From Candidatus Diapherotrites archaeon ADurb.Bin253 (GTDB taxonomy: Archaea; Nanobdellota; Nanobdellia; Pacearchaeales; GW2011-AR1): DNA of 64,000 nucleotides. The notes beneath the pieces are model-generated. The model had not been told where the DNA came from and did not search any database. It saw only the letters and a list, made by a program, of their open reading frames with translations. The stretch is from positions 2,691-66,690 of the forward strand of contig MWBV01000002.1 of the NCBI GenBank assembly GCA_002069705.1. The letters run 5' to 3'. Position numbers and translations under genes: made by a program. This document shows, one piece after another, positions 1 through 8,012 of this stretch (positions are counted from its first letter, which is position 1; every line of letters starts with the position of its first letter).

Positions 1-2403
1 ATGGTAATCATCAATACATTTAACATATAAATCTATTTCTGGATTCCATTCAATATAATGCTCTTTTCCATTTTCTGTGCTTAATTCATTTCCTTCTTCT
101 ATATTATAATTACAAGATGTTGTAGAATACACGCATCTAGCACTCTCATCAGTTATAATCTTAAGAGAATTAGAACTATCATCTTTAAATGCTCTCACAA
201 CCATTGGAGAAAGTAAATCTACTTCTACAGTGAAATTTATCAATGTTGTTGCAGTGTTTTCAGCAGAATCATAACATTTTATTAAATATTCATAAAATCC
301 TTGAGGCATATAAAATTCTTCAAAGTTTGTATTAAGGTATTCTCTACTTCTACCATTACTGAAAAGAGAATATGTAGGAGTAACTTGATTTTCAGAATAT
401 AAACATCTAGATTTACCTTCTTCTGCTCCTCCAATAGTTACAACTGAAAGCTCTATCTTTGCATTCTCTTCTCTTCCTATTATAGTTGTGCCATTTGCTC
501 TATCATTTATTCTTACACTCTGTATAACTAATTTGTTTGTTCCTTTCAAAACTATTTCATAAGGTCTTGAAGGAGTTCTTTTACTTTCTTTTTCAGGATT
601 TCCTTTAAATTCTGGATAATTTTTACATGCAACATAATACTTATTTTCAACACCGTCCTTAAATCCAGTTAAATTAGTTTGACATCCATAATCAAATCCA
701 ACTAAATACTCATTGATATTTTGAGAACACTTATCAAAGTCGTAACTCATGTAATTATAACTTGCTTCTTTAATATCCCACTTACAATCTGCAGGCCTAT
801 CTGTATAAACTTGGAAATTTTCTATAACACTTACATTGAATGGGATAAAAGAATCTTTAGCAGGGTTTGTTCCTACTATTTTAGGAGGATTTGTATTTAG
901 ACCTTTTTGTACACAGATTCGTATTTCATAATCTTGAGTGTTAATGTTTCCTCTTTGGTCTTTACATCTCACATAAAAGTTATATTTTCCTCCATTATTT
1001 AATATATATCCTGCATTTTCAAATGATTTTTCATCTGCAAAAACACTAGAAGGAATTTGTAATGTATGATTTTTTGTTTTCAAATTTTGTTCATTTAGAT
1101 AATCATTCATTGCATCAAATGCCTCTGCTGCTGTTCCAGCTTTTGGTTCAAGACTTATTTTACAATGAGCTTCTTCATTTGTAGTGAATGCTAATTTAAT
1201 AGGTGTATAAGTAGGAATACATCCTGCAGCTCCTCCACCCTCTCCTTCATAAACAATTCTTGCTCCTGCAGCAGAGATATCATATCTGAATTTATTGTCC
1301 TTGAAAACAGGTTCACCATTAATTTCTCTTGCAGGTGTTATTACAGGTGGAGAAATATCTCCTTTATTCACTTCAATACAAGTTTCATATTGACTTTCAT
1401 CATTTATCCATTCACAAGATGCACCATATGAACGACAAATATATTCACTACATCCACTCACTTGATTTTTTCCTGTTCCAACTTTTAATAAATTACATTT
1501 ACTGCATTCAGCTCCTCCTGATGGAGGTTGCCATAATTTAACTCTATAAGTATAAACTTCCTGAGCATAATTTTGATAAGAAAGTACCCCCCAAAGTAAA
1601 GCTGCACCAAGAACAAATCCTGCTGCCCATGGAACAGCAAGAAGGTTAACTGTTACCAAAACAATTCCAATTACTCCACCCACTCCTGCAGCAGTTAATA
1701 TATCTGCTTGATTTCTTTTACTAGCACCCATTAATTCAGTTATCCCCCAAACAACTGCAAATGCTACTGCTGCCCATCCAACTGCAGCAACAAAATCTCC
1801 TGCCATAGCTCCAATGCCTGTACTATCACCTGTACCCATTATAGTCCAATCCTTAAAAAATCCCTCTCTTATGGGTTTTATTGTATCTAAAAAAGCATCA
1901 TTTTCTGCCATTGCCTTTGCTAATTCTGCTTCAAATTTAGGGTCAAGAGGCATTAATCCAGACACTTGGGATGTTGGGCTACTAACAGGAGGCACCTTTG
2001 GAGATAATCCCGCCTTCATTAATTCTATTACTTCTTTATTATTTTTTATTTGTTGTATACCTGCTACCGTCGTTACTCCTTGACTTGCTAAAGCTACTGC
2101 TTTTGTAGATGTGTCTAAAAGATTACTTCCTCCTCCGTCCCCCCCTTTGTCTTTTTTAGGAACACAACATTGATATCCTGTAGGACATAAAGTGGTTTTC
2201 ACTATTCTTTCTCCATCACATGTTTGAGTAGAAGCTATACAATTCCCTCCTTTCTCTTGTCTACATTTGCTTCCATCTGATGCACTCACTGTTTCAATTG
2301 AACTTCCAACAATCCATGAAAATGCAATTGTTGCAATTACCAATATAAATATCTGCAAAATCGCAATTACCTTTGTTTCCTTTTTTTGTTTTTCTTTTTT
2401 CAT
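1..2403 (-). CDS. Large membrane/surface repeat protein, N-terminal 801 codons only (ORF open to the left window edge; absent from the ORF track because it has no stop inside the window)
   Basis: My own reverse-strand translation from ATG 2403-2401 stays open to position 1. It shows a signal anchor MKKEKQKKETKVIAILQIFILVIATIAFSW and a six-Cys module CRQEKGGNCIASTQTCDGERIVKTTLCPTGYQCC. A hydrophobic block follows (GDFVAAVGWAAVAFAVVWG ... VPWAAGFVLGAALLWGVL). Then come at least four repeats ending in Y-x-[VI]-x-C-x-D/N signatures (YNFYVRCKDQRGN, KYYVACKNYPE, YEYLIKCYDSAEN, DLYVKCIDDY). There is a 16-nt gap to the upstream gene. Confidence 0.7.
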   Translation of the reverse strand, partial: MKKEKQKKETKVIAILQIFILVIATIAFSWIVGSSIETVSASDGSKCRQEKGGNCIASTQTCDGERIVKTTLCPTGYQCCVPKKDKGGDGGGSNLLDTSTKAVALASQGVTTVAGIQQIKNNKEVIELMKAGLSPKVPPVSSPTSQVSGLMPLDPKFEAELAKAMAENDAFLDTIKPIREGFFKDWTIMGTGDSTGIGAMAGDFVAAVGWAAVAFAVVWGITELMGASKRNQADILTAAGVGGVIGIVLVTVNLLAVPWAAGFVLGAALLWGVLSYQNYAQEVYTYRVKLWQPPSGGAECSKCNLLKVGTGKNQVSGCSEYICRSYGASCEWINDESQYETCIEVNKGDISPPVITPAREINGEPVFKDNKFRYDISAAGARIVYEGEGGGAAGCIPTYTPIKLAFTTNEEAHCKISLEPKAGTAAEAFDAMNDYLNEQNLKTKNHTLQIPSSVFADEKSFENAGYILNNGGKYNFYVRCKDQRGNINTQDYEIRICVQKGLNTNPPKIVGTNPAKDSFIPFNVSVIENFQVYTDRPADCKWDIKEASYNYMSYDFDKCSQNINEYLVGFDYGCQTNLTGFKDGVENKYYVACKNYPEFKGNPEKESKRTPSRPYEIVLKGTNKLVIQSVRINDRANGTTIIGREENAKIELSVVTIGGAEEGKSRCLYSENQVTPTYSLFSNGRSREYLNTNFEEFYMPQGFYEYLIKCYDSAENTATTLINFTVEVDLLSPMVVRAFKDDSSNSLKIITDESARCVYSTTSCNYNIEEGNELSTENGKEHYIEWNPEIDLYVKCIDDYH

Positions 2404-2419
2404 TTTTATCTTTGGTTTA

Positions 2420-4696
2420 TTATAATTCTGGGAACACACAACAAACCATATTTGTAGAGCATTCTCCTGTTCCAACTTCTCCTCCTTCACAAGGATTTTC
2501 ACTCCTTCCTGCAGATATACAAGTTGCTCCAGGAGTTTCTAAACATGAATGGCTTATCATACTTATTGGCATTTCAGTTTCATATCTTTCTAAATCCCCT
2601 TTAACATATGCATTTCCCCTGTAAATTTTTTGTTCAACTGTAACGTTTTCTTTAACTTCTCCATTCTGTTTTAATTTTTGGAAAATAGCAGTTATTAATT
2701 CTGATTCAGGGTCACTATATCTTCCATTCATACTTGCTTTATACCCACAATCTCCCATAGATTTAGCTCTCTCTGTTATTGATTTAATCCATTCATCATT
2801 TGTTAAGTATATTGGGTAATCTCTTTCTTTATCTTCATCTTTTTCTTCATCTCCAGCACCAGTTGTACAATCATAATTTTTTCCAGTCACCTTTCCTGAA
2901 ACCCATTTATCTGGTTTTCCAGCTTTATGGCAATACTGCCCTCTTCTAGTGGATAAATAATATGAACTCACATCAGATGGAAGCTTAAATTCAGATTCAT
3001 CATAAAATTCAGTTAAAACATTATAAGCAGTGCACGCTCCTCCAATACTTGTGCAATGTATTTCTTCAGGATATTTTTTTTCTTCTCCTACTTTTTGATT
3101 GAATTCCATTCCATAATAAGGAATAGCATAACATCCATTTAAACATCTATGTGCAATTTCTTTATTTCCCCAACCATTCTCCCTGTTTCCCATATTCTCT
3201 CTACTTGATGTCCAATGAACTTCAAAAAAAGCAATTTCCTGAAAACCTGCTGAAGCACATATTATATTTCCTTGAGTTGTAGGGTTCCAAAAATCAAAAC
3301 CAGGAGCAATTAAAGGAACACATGAACCTTGAAATTCTTTTCTTTCTTCTTCAGAAGCAATTTCTAAATCCCACCTATATCCCGGAATCCATTTACATAA
3401 AGTGTTGTCTGATTCACATTGACTTCTCCTATCTATAACAGAACATGCTTTCCAAGGATTATATACGCAAGAAGCAATACTTCTTTTTGAATAATCATCT
3501 TTTCCTTGCATACACACACTATTTCTATAATCTCCACACTCTTCAACAATAACTTCCCCAAAAGAACACACTAATTTATAGTATCTGCTTCCAGGTAAAT
3601 TATATTTGTCTACATTTCTTAATTCATCTCTATCTTTTTTGAAAATTGCTCCTGTAGTTAAATTTCTATTAATTATTAATGTTCCTGCAGTTCCTTCACA
3701 CCAGCTCTCTCCGTGTTGATAAGTTACCCCCTTATATTTGCAACTTAAATCTCCACACACAAACCCCTCTTCATTATTTTGGGGCTTATTAGGTAAAGCA
3801 CTTTTCTCAACATCTTTGTAATTCTGACAAACTGTATTTGCAGTTGTATCACAATTTCCACAAGTTGTACTTCCACGAGCACCTACTTTACACAAAGAAT
3901 CATCATATTCTTCTATCATATAATTCCAATAATCAACATTATCATATTTGCTAGAATCATAAATATTAGCTAAATTTCCACACAAATCCATGTAATAAAC
4001 TTTATTGTCTTTACACACAGTATTTTTACTTTTAGCACAATTTGAAATAGAAATACCATTTATTGAAGCAGTGCATAAATGGTTTTCATAAAATCTTACA
4101 TCTATTTGATTAACTCCTGTAGGGGAATCTTGCAAATATTTAGAAAGTTCATTTACTTTTTCAGGAGTACATTCACTGTTTGTAGTTATTTTGCACGCTT
4201 TTTCATTTAAAGAACTCACAACACAAGCCCCTCTTTTAACAGTTGCTTGCATAACTTCACATTCTAATCTGGAACTAATATCTTTTCTTATTATTCCTTG
4301 AATTCCATGTTGAGACATTAAATTTTTACATTCAGTTTCTGTCATAAAATAAGCATCTTGTCCTAAAACGCAGCAATACTCCTGACATGCTGGAACTTCA
4401 TCTATATCTTTTTCACTCCAAACTCCTCCAGAATTGATACATTGCGCTTTAGGAGTATATTGACTACACTCCCCTGTCTTTGGATTAACACATGTTCCAT
4501 AACATTCTGGAACTAAATTACATGTCTCTTTATATAACCATATCTGATATGATGAGTCACATTGACTTTGACTTGTTGCAGCTTTACACCACATTTCACT
4601 CTCCTTTAACTTCTCACAACAAATAGCAGAAACATACATACTCCCAAATAAAACTAATGCCAAAGCAAAAACTGTTATCACACACTTTTTTTTCAT
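2420..4696 (-). CDS. Secreted cysteine-rich protein, 758 aa, unknown family
   Basis: Track ORF with signal peptide MKKKCVITVFALALVLFGSMYVSA. I count about 51 Cys spread over the whole length. The C-terminus is a six-Cys module CLETPGATCISAGRSENPCEGGEVGTGECSTNMVCC. There is a 1-nt gap to the upstream gene. Confidence 0.75.
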   Translation of the reverse strand: MKKKCVITVFALALVLFGSMYVSAICCEKLKESEMWCKAATSQSQCDSSYQIWLYKETCNLVPECYGTCVNPKTGECSQYTPKAQCINSGGVWSEKDIDEVPACQEYCCVLGQDAYFMTETECKNLMSQHGIQGIIRKDISSRLECEVMQATVKRGACVVSSLNEKACKITTNSECTPEKVNELSKYLQDSPTGVNQIDVRFYENHLCTASINGISISNCAKSKNTVCKDNKVYYMDLCGNLANIYDSSKYDNVDYWNYMIEEYDDSLCKVGARGSTTCGNCDTTANTVCQNYKDVEKSALPNKPQNNEEGFVCGDLSCKYKGVTYQHGESWCEGTAGTLIINRNLTTGAIFKKDRDELRNVDKYNLPGSRYYKLVCSFGEVIVEECGDYRNSVCMQGKDDYSKRSIASCVYNPWKACSVIDRRSQCESDNTLCKWIPGYRWDLEIASEEERKEFQGSCVPLIAPGFDFWNPTTQGNIICASAGFQEIAFFEVHWTSSRENMGNRENGWGNKEIAHRCLNGCYAIPYYGMEFNQKVGEEKKYPEEIHCTSIGGACTAYNVLTEFYDESEFKLPSDVSSYYLSTRRGQYCHKAGKPDKWVSGKVTGKNYDCTTGAGDEEKDEDKERDYPIYLTNDEWIKSITERAKSMGDCGYKASMNGRYSDPESELITAIFQKLKQNGEVKENVTVEQKIYRGNAYVKGDLERYETEMPISMISHSCLETPGATCISAGRSENPCEGGEVGTGECSTNMVCCVFPEL

Positions 4697-4697
4697 C

Positions 4698-5540
4698 TTA
4701 AATATTCACGTTTCCAAATCCAACAGGAGAAGCAAAGCTTCTTACTGCAAATCTGAAATCCTCTCCACTATTTATTTCAGAAACTACATAAATCTTTATA
4801 TCATTGTCTTTTCTGTGTTTTTCAACTCTAATATAAGGATTATCATACATATATGCTTCAGGTATTGAATCTCCTATATTCATTTCCCAAATAAGTATAT
4901 TCTTAGAAACTTCAATTATTTCATAAAAGCTACTTTTCATTCTTATCTCAAAATTTCTGTAGGTTTCACTCTCATCCCCTTTTGTTAATGTAAGTGTGCT
5001 ATTAAAATCAGTATAAACTTCTCCTGGAATTATTTGAATATTTGTTTTTCCCATCTTTAAATTAGTACGATAACCCTTGGATTCATAATCTTTAACCATA
5101 TTATCAAAACATGTTTTAATACTTTCATTTATAGAATCTAATACTTCCTGCTCAATATGTTCTTTTAAAAATGGTTCTTGATTGACACAAGGAACATCGT
5201 AATTATCGTCAGTATAACAAAGATATCTCACATATTTACCTTCATCTTCATAATTTTTTTTGTAAAAATAACCGCTATTTTTATTCATAACATAATTTCC
5301 TCCTTGAGAACTTATTATTTTTAAATTATCTTCAATATCTTCTTCAAGACAATCCTGAATAAATAATGCAGGATTTTTTGATCCACCACCTGAATTAGGG
5401 AATATTTTTGGATAATATAAATAAACTAATACCCCAAATGCAACAATGATTATTGCAATTATTATAAAAATAGTAACTTGGCCTCTAAAATTTTCTGGAA
5501 AAATTTTTAGTTTGCCTCTTTCTCCCTCTTTTAAACTCAT
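4698..5540 (-). CDS. Membrane-anchored protein with archaeal type IV pilin-like (class III) signal peptide, 280 aa
   Basis: The N-terminus is a charged segment followed by FRGQVTIFIIIAIIIVAFGVLVY. This matches the [KR]-G / hydrophobic pattern cleaved by archaeal prepilin peptidases. It is the first gene of a tightly packed three-gene minus-strand unit. Confidence 0.6.
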   Translation of the reverse strand: MSLKEGERGKLKIFPENFRGQVTIFIIIAIIIVAFGVLVYLYYPKIFPNSGGGSKNPALFIQDCLEEDIEDNLKIISSQGGNYVMNKNSGYFYKKNYEDEGKYVRYLCYTDDNYDVPCVNQEPFLKEHIEQEVLDSINESIKTCFDNMVKDYESKGYRTNLKMGKTNIQIIPGEVYTDFNSTLTLTKGDESETYRNFEIRMKSSFYEIIEVSKNILIWEMNIGDSIPEAYMYDNPYIRVEKHRKDNDIKIYVVSEINSGEDFRFAVRSFASPVGFGNVNI

Positions 5541-5604
5541 TTCTTTTTAATGTTTTAGTTGTTTAAAAACATTTCTTAATTTAAATTATATTAAATAAAT
5601 TTAT

Positions 5605-6330
5605 TTAATCTTCAGTTTCAACTCTTGGAGCAAGAATATAGGACAATTCCATACTTTCTGTTCTAACATCCATTTTTAATGGATGGTCATTAGCAAAATT
5701 CAAAATGGTTTTATCAGTTAATTTAGATGCTTTTACAAATTTCTGAAGATATTCTAAGCTGTATCTTGCCTTGCATGTTTCTGCATTTATATTAGCTTCA
5801 TCACTTGAAAACTCTGTTCTTGTTGAATTAAGTCCTTTAGCTTCAATCACAAATTTTTCGTCTTTCACAATAAATGAGCAAGCATCAGCAACAACTGCAC
5901 AATCTTCAACACAATCAATTAAATCCTGAGATTTCAATTCAACTCTTGCACTATATTCTAAATTAGGTATTTCTTTGTCTTCACTTTCAATATTAATTAA
6001 ACTTAAAACAAAATTTCTTCTTATCCTGTCATCCATTTGTATATAAAGTAAATTTTCTTTTCTTTCAAGAACAAGCTGTCCTCCACTTCTTTTCAATATT
6101 CTTTTAAGACTATCTAAATTTACACCCAAACTTTCATTTCCACTCTCAAATTCAGAAAAAGCTTTTTTTGGTATTTTCAAACTTACCATTGCAACATTTG
6201 CAGGGTCTATGGCAGTTATACTCAGTCCAAATTCATTTATTTTTATTTTTACCTCTGTTACTAATTCAGAGATTAAATCAATGGATTTAGATAATATAGT
6301 TGCATTATCAAGTTTAATTTTCATAATCAT
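5605..6330 (-). CDS. pcn: DNA polymerase sliding clamp PCNA
   Basis: The 241-aa product is collinear with archaeal PCNAs (ITAIDPANVAMVSLKIP, GVNLDSLKRILKR, C-terminal ILAPRVE). The alternative start MKIKL lies 2 codons downstream. Confidence 0.9.
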   Translation of the reverse strand: MIMKIKLDNATILSKSIDLISELVTEVKIKINEFGLSITAIDPANVAMVSLKIPKKAFSEFESGNESLGVNLDSLKRILKRSGGQLVLERKENLLYIQMDDRIRRNFVLSLINIESEDKEIPNLEYSARVELKSQDLIDCVEDCAVVADACSFIVKDEKFVIEAKGLNSTRTEFSSDEANINAETCKARYSLEYLQKFVKASKLTDKTILNFANDHPLKMDVRTESMELSYILAPRVETED

Positions 6331-6409
6331 AAAAGATACTCCTGTTTTTTAAGCATTGCTATTCTTAAGTATAAGATAATTATTAAAATCCTTTCCCACT
6401 TATAAAACA

Positions 6410-7969
6410 ATGGAATCAAAAAAAATTTCATTTAAAGAGGAAAGAATAAGGAAAATAACTACACTATACTATTCTCAACCAGAAATTCAAAAAGCTATTT
6501 TTGAGTTTTCAAAAAATAGGGAGATTTGTCCGAGATATTTTGAGGGATTTGGAAAAAGACCAGATTCTTTTGAATATCCAGGAGATATATTTGAACTTGT
6601 AAAACGCGGAGCAACTTCCTTTAACTGTTCTGAAGAATTGTGGTCAGACCCTCTTAAAATACAAACAGGTATGAATGAAAAGCAATTAAATGAATTAAGA
6701 ATAGGATGGGATTTACTCATAGACATTGACTGTAAATATATTGATTTCAGTAAAAAAGCAACACAGGCAATACTCAAAGTTTTCAAAAATCACCACATAA
6801 AAAATTATGGAATTAAATTTTCAGGGAATAAAGGATTTCATATTATTCTCCCATTCAAGTCATTTCCCAAAGAGATTGCAGGAGAAAAAACAAAAGACCT
6901 CTTTCCAGAATTACCACGAAAGATTTTAGCTTATGTAAGATTTAAAGCAGAAGAAGAGATGAGAGATTTGATTTCTGAAGAAGAACTTGAGGCATTTAAA
7001 GACACAAAAATAAAAAAAGGAATAAAATGCAACAATTGCAAAGAGATTGCTCAGGAATATATATTAACAGAATATCTTTGCCCAAAATGTTTTAGGAGAG
7101 AACTAAAAAAAATATTTCATAACGAAAAAAAAGAATTTAAGTGTCCTGATTGCAGAACTCAATTTAAAATAAACAGAGCAGATAAGATTTATGAATGTAA
7201 AAAATGCAATATTTCTTCTAAAGATAAACCAGATAATTTCTCAAGACATATTGAAATAGATTTGTTTGATTTAATGGGGTTGGATTTAATTTTAATCTCT
7301 CCAAGACATTTATTCAGAATGCCTTACTCTCTTCACGAAAATAGTGGTTTATCCAGCATTGTTTTAAGCGAAGATGAATTAGAAAAATTTGACTTGAAAG
7401 ATGCATCTCCTCTAAATTTAAAAGTAAAAAATTTTATGCCAAAATGCAAAGAAAACGAAGCAGATTATCTTGTGAGAGAGGCCTTGGATTGGACAAAAAA
7501 TAATCAAATATCCTCGGGAGAATCAAAAGAAATTCTTAAGGGGAAATATGCAGATTTTAAACCAATAATTTTAGAATCAATTAAAGATGAAGATTTTCCT
7601 CCATGCATAAAAAATATCCTGAAAGGAATTTCAGACGGTAAAAAGAGAGGATTATTTGCTTTAATAAACTTTTTTCGTTCTGTTGGTATGAATAAAGAAG
7701 ATATGGAAAAAAGAATTTACGAGTGGAACAAGAAAAATGAGGTTCCTCTAAGAGAGGGATATCTACAAACCCAACTCTTATGGGCATACAGAAAAAAACC
7801 GATAATGCCTCCTAATTGCAAAGAATTTTATCAAGGATTTGGAGCATGTCAACCAAATGAATTTTGCAATCTAATTAAAAATCCAGTAAACTATTTGGTA
7901 AGAAAAAATTATATTTCAAACAATAAAAAAGAAAAGAAATCAACTAAAAAGATAAATAAAAATAATTAA
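6410..7969 (+). CDS. priS: DNA primase, apparent single-chain fusion of the PriS catalytic core with a PriL C-terminal Fe-S-like domain
   Basis: AEP catalytic motifs are present: DLLIDIDC (DxD) and FSGNKGFHIILPF (SGxxGxH). A zinc knuckle is visible (CNNCKE..CPKC and CPDC..CKKC). The C-terminal part FPPCIKNILKG..GKKRGLFALINFF..PPNCKEFY..CQPNEFC resembles the PriL-CTD FPPC motif region. Confidence 0.75.
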   Translation: MESKKISFKEERIRKITTLYYSQPEIQKAIFEFSKNREICPRYFEGFGKRPDSFEYPGDIFELVKRGATSFNCSEELWSDPLKIQTGMNEKQLNELRIGWDLLIDIDCKYIDFSKKATQAILKVFKNHHIKNYGIKFSGNKGFHIILPFKSFPKEIAGEKTKDLFPELPRKILAYVRFKAEEEMRDLISEEELEAFKDTKIKKGIKCNNCKEIAQEYILTEYLCPKCFRRELKKIFHNEKKEFKCPDCRTQFKINRADKIYECKKCNISSKDKPDNFSRHIEIDLFDLMGLDLILISPRHLFRMPYSLHENSGLSSIVLSEDELEKFDLKDASPLNLKVKNFMPKCKENEADYLVREALDWTKNNQISSGESKEILKGKYADFKPIILESIKDEDFPPCIKNILKGISDGKKRGLFALINFFRSVGMNKEDMEKRIYEWNKKNEVPLREGYLQTQLLWAYRKKPIMPPNCKEFYQGFGACQPNEFCNLIKNPVNYLVRKNYISNNKKEKKSTKKINKNN

Positions 7970-7983
7970 TTTTTATAAAAATA

Positions 7984-7991
7984 TTTATAAA
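7984..7991 (+). promoter_or_regulatory. TATA box candidate (TTTATAAA) for the 8013 gene
   Basis: TTTATAAA lies 21 nt upstream of ATG 8013, implying a leaderless or near-leaderless transcript. The same octamer recurs upstream of several other transcription units in this window. Confidence 0.45.
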
Positions 7992-8012
7992 TAAGAAATT
8001 GCTTCAGAACAT

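Noticed and set aside
1329-2624. Plus-strand track ORFs 1329-1541, 1814-2083 and 2373-2624
   Set aside because: They overlap long, protein-like minus-strand reading frames (the 801-codon partial gene and the 758-aa gene). Two begin with non-ATG codons, and all have low-complexity hydrophobic composition. They are shadow ORFs.
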